A stretch of 64,000 nucleotides of DNA, taken from NCBI RefSeq assembly GCF_034675685.1, contig NZ_JAUCDA010000013.1, forward strand, positions 111,693-175,692, written 5' to 3'. This document shows positions 62,111 to 64,000 of the stretch, one piece after another; position 1 is the stretch's first letter, and each line of letters starts with the position of its first letter. The stretch comes from Pseudorhodobacter sp. (GTDB lineage: Bacteria; Pseudomonadota; Alphaproteobacteria; Rhodobacterales; Rhodobacteraceae). Both the position numbers and the translations under genes were made by a program. The notes below the pieces were generated by a model, which ran no database searches, had not been told where the DNA came from, and saw nothing but the letters and a program-made list of their open reading frames with translations.

Positions 62111-63348
62111 CCGTCAAGCCGGTAAAACAACGCCTTGAGGTAACCACTTTCGGCCAGTTGCGGCAGCATCGGATGGTCTGGGCCGGCATGCCCGGTGTGC
62201 AGCAGTTGCCCGCGCCGCCCGGCACGCCCGATGCCACGCCCGCTGGCATTGCGAAAAGCGGTCAGATCGGCGGCATGCGAACACGAGCACAGGCCGATAT
62301 ATCCGCCAGGGGCGACCAGGGCGGCAGCAAGGCGGGCAACACGTTCATAGGCCCGCAAACCAGCCTCTAACGCGGGTTTTGCCGGGGCAAAAGACGGTGG
62401 GTCACAGATGATCACGTCAAACTGCGCGCCCTCGGCCGCCAACGCCTCCAGCACAGTAAAGGCATCGCCTTGGCGGGTGCTGAACCGATCGGCAAAGCCA
62501 GAGGCCTTGGCCCCCTGCTCGGCCAAGGCCAAGGCGGGGGCAGAGCCATCAACGGCCAGAACCGAAACCGCACCACCCGCCAAAGCCGCCAACCCAAAGC
62601 CGCCGACATGCGAGAACATATCAAGCACACGCGCGCCCCGCGCCAGACGTGCGGCAAAGGCGTGATTTGGGCGCTGGTCAAAGAACAAGCCGGTTTTCTG
62701 CCCGCCGATCAGATCGGCCATATAGGTCGCCCCGTTCATCGGCACAGGAATCGGCGCCTCAACCGCGCCCGCCATGATCAGATTTTCCTCGGTCAGCCCT
62801 TCGAGGCTGCGCGCACGGCCCGTGGCATTTTTCAGGATGTTTTTCACCCCGGTCACAGCGATCAAAGCAGCGACCAGCATATCAATATGCGCCTCGGCCC
62901 AGGCCGCGTTGGGCTGGATGACGGCCGTATCACCAAAACGGTCGATCACGACGCCCGGCAGCCCATCGGCCTCGGCATGGACCAGACGATAAAACGGCGC
63001 GTCATAAAGTCGGTCCCGCATCGCCAGCGCACGGGCCAGCCGCGCCTCTAGCCACGCCTGATCAATCACCGCCTCGGGGTCTTGATCCAGCATCCGGCAG
63101 ATGATCTTGGATTGGGTGTTCACGGTCACCAGACCCATGGCGCGGCGGTCAGCATCCTCCAGCACGGCAAGCGAGCCGGGCGCAAGGTTTTGCGTGCGCC
63201 GATCGGTGACCAGTTCATCCGCATAGACCCATGGAAAACCATGGCGGATCGCCCGCGCCTCGGCCTTGGGTTTCAGGCGCACAACCGGGCGCGTTGCGGA
63301 AAGGGTGTTTGCGGGGTCGCTGTCATGCGATGGGGAGGTGCTGTTCAT
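62107..63348 (-). CDS. class I SAM-dependent RNA methyltransferase, RlmI-like (PUA-like N-domain + MTase)
   Basis: 413 aa with an N-terminal ...[14 protein letters not shown]... (PUA/EEHEE-like) and SAM motif [16 protein letters not shown]. Motif IV ICDPPSF and the second Cys in LCSCSH fit m5C RNA methyltransferases. Confidence 0.82.
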   Translation of the reverse strand: MNSTSPSHDSDPANTLSATRPVVRLKPKAEARAIRHGFPWVYADELVTDRRTQNLAPGSLAVLEDADRRAMGLVTVNTQSKIICRMLDQDPEAVIDQAWLEARLARALAMRDRLYDAPFYRLVHAEADGLPGVVIDRFGDTAVIQPNAAWAEAHIDMLVAALIAVTGVKNILKNATGRARSLEGLTEENLIMAGAVEAPIPVPMNGATYMADLIGGQKTGLFFDQRPNHAFAARLARGARVLDMFSHVGGFGLAALAGGAVSVLAVDGSAPALALAEQGAKASGFADRFSTRQGDAFTVLEALAAEGAQFDVIICDPPSFAPAKPALEAGLRAYERVARLAAALVAPGGYIGLCSCSHAADLTAFRNASGRGIGRAGRRGQLLHTGHAGPDHPMLPQLAESGYLKALFYRLDG

Positions 63349-63523
63349 GCCCCCTCTTTATCGGGTTTCATTGGCATGGGAAAGCCCGTCTGTAGGGGCC
63401 GTGCCAATTACCGCAACTGCAAGCGGCATCGCCCTGGGCCTGACACGGCCTTGGCGAGCAAAGGCTTGCCGGGTTGCAAAAGAAAAGCGTAATTTCAGGG
63501 GATCGCACTTTTCTTTTCTTTCA

Positions 63524-63535
63524 GTTAGCGCTAAC
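63524..63535. promoter_or_regulatory. 12-bp perfect palindrome GTTAGCGCTAAC upstream of edd (candidate operator)
   Basis: 38-49 nt upstream of the edd ATG. Same core as the zwf-proximal site. Confidence 0.55.
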
Positions 63536-63572
63536 AGTGCCAAACATCGCGCAAACCCCATGAGGCAAGAGA

Positions 63573-64000
63573 TGACATTGAACAGCACCATTGACCGGGT
63601 GACCGATCGTATAGTCAAACGCTCGGCAGCGACGCGCAGCGCATATCTGGCGCAGGTAGCGGCAGCGGTGGCCCAAGGGCCGGCACGGGCGCATCTGTCT
63701 TGTGGCAATCAGGCGCATGCCTATGCGGCCAGCAGCGACAAAGAGGCGCTGATGGCGGAGCGCCTGCCCAATATCGGAATTGTGACCGCGTATAATGACA
63801 TGCTGTCAGCGCATCAGCCTTATGAGCATTACCCCGACCTGATCCGCGCAGCGGCGCGCAAGGCGGGGGCCACGGCACAGGTTGCAGGCGGTGTGCCTGC
63901 AATGTGCGATGGGGTGACCCAAGGCCAGCCGGGGATGGAGCTGTCGTTGTTTTCGCGTGATGTGATCGCCCTGGCTGCAGGGGTGGCGTTGTCGCATAAC
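63573..64000 (+). CDS. edd: phosphogluconate dehydratase, N-terminal 142 aa (3' end outside window)
   Basis: Not in the ORF track because it has no stop in the window. My translation from ATG 63573 is [26 protein letters not shown]...[18 protein letters not shown]...[15 protein letters not shown], the IlvD/Edd N-terminal signature. Confidence 0.9.

Noticed and set aside
1-64000. CRISPR arrays, IS elements, rRNA operons, restriction-modification or other defence islands
   Set aside because: Reading both strands, I found no regularly spaced direct repeats, no transposase- or integrase-like ORFs, no terminal inverted repeats flanking a cargo, and no rRNA-like sequence. Apart from two short segments, composition looks uniform by eye.

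Overview
GC-rich chromosomal segment whose gene content and order look like a Rhodobacteraceae-type alphaproteobacterium. That assignment is an inference from gene families, a GTTC-N7-GTTC SOS box, the zwf-pgl-pgi order and a bactofilin/M23 pair. It is almost entirely core housekeeping.

Genes in order:
- valine catabolism (acyl-CoA dehydrogenase, 3-hydroxyisobutyryl-CoA hydrolase-like, mmsB)
- uvrA, two MFS transporters, lpdA, queA, a ~1180-aa AsmA/YhdP-like envelope protein, bcp
- an LmdC-like M23 peptidase overlapping a bactofilin gene
- prfB, PBP1A, an AmiC-like amidase, a DUF2235 hydrolase, an ornithine-decarboxylase-type enzyme with a divergent Lrp regulator
- valS, an aminotransferase, an L,D-transpeptidase, gatB, pepN, a photolyase/cryptochrome, glcB, bolA and a J-domain protein
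- convergent tRNA-Cys and tRNA-Met
- a hydantoinase-family gene, an rpoN paralog, an FAD-oxidoreductase::SelD fusion
- znuA / zur-znuC-znuB, RidA, pgi-pgl-zwf, a secreted TPR-CHAT protein, a PIN gene translationally coupled to an RlmI-like RNA methyltransferase, and the 5' end of edd

I saw no transposase, integrase, prophage, CRISPR array or recognisable defence island.

The most conspicuous property is technical or evolutionary. Twelve reading-frame disruptions fall in nine well-conserved genes, including essential valS, and most sit at homopolymer runs. I read this as probable indel noise in the assembly, but it needs read-level confirmation.

I cannot claim a clearly novel system. The best second-look candidates are:
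- the methyltransferase-PIN pair with the adjacent TPR-CHAT gene
- the rpoN-paralog / structured intergenic region / FAD-SelD fusion locus
- a 12-bp palindrome shared by the zwf and edd upstream regions
- the 870-bp unassigned stretch between the two tRNA genes
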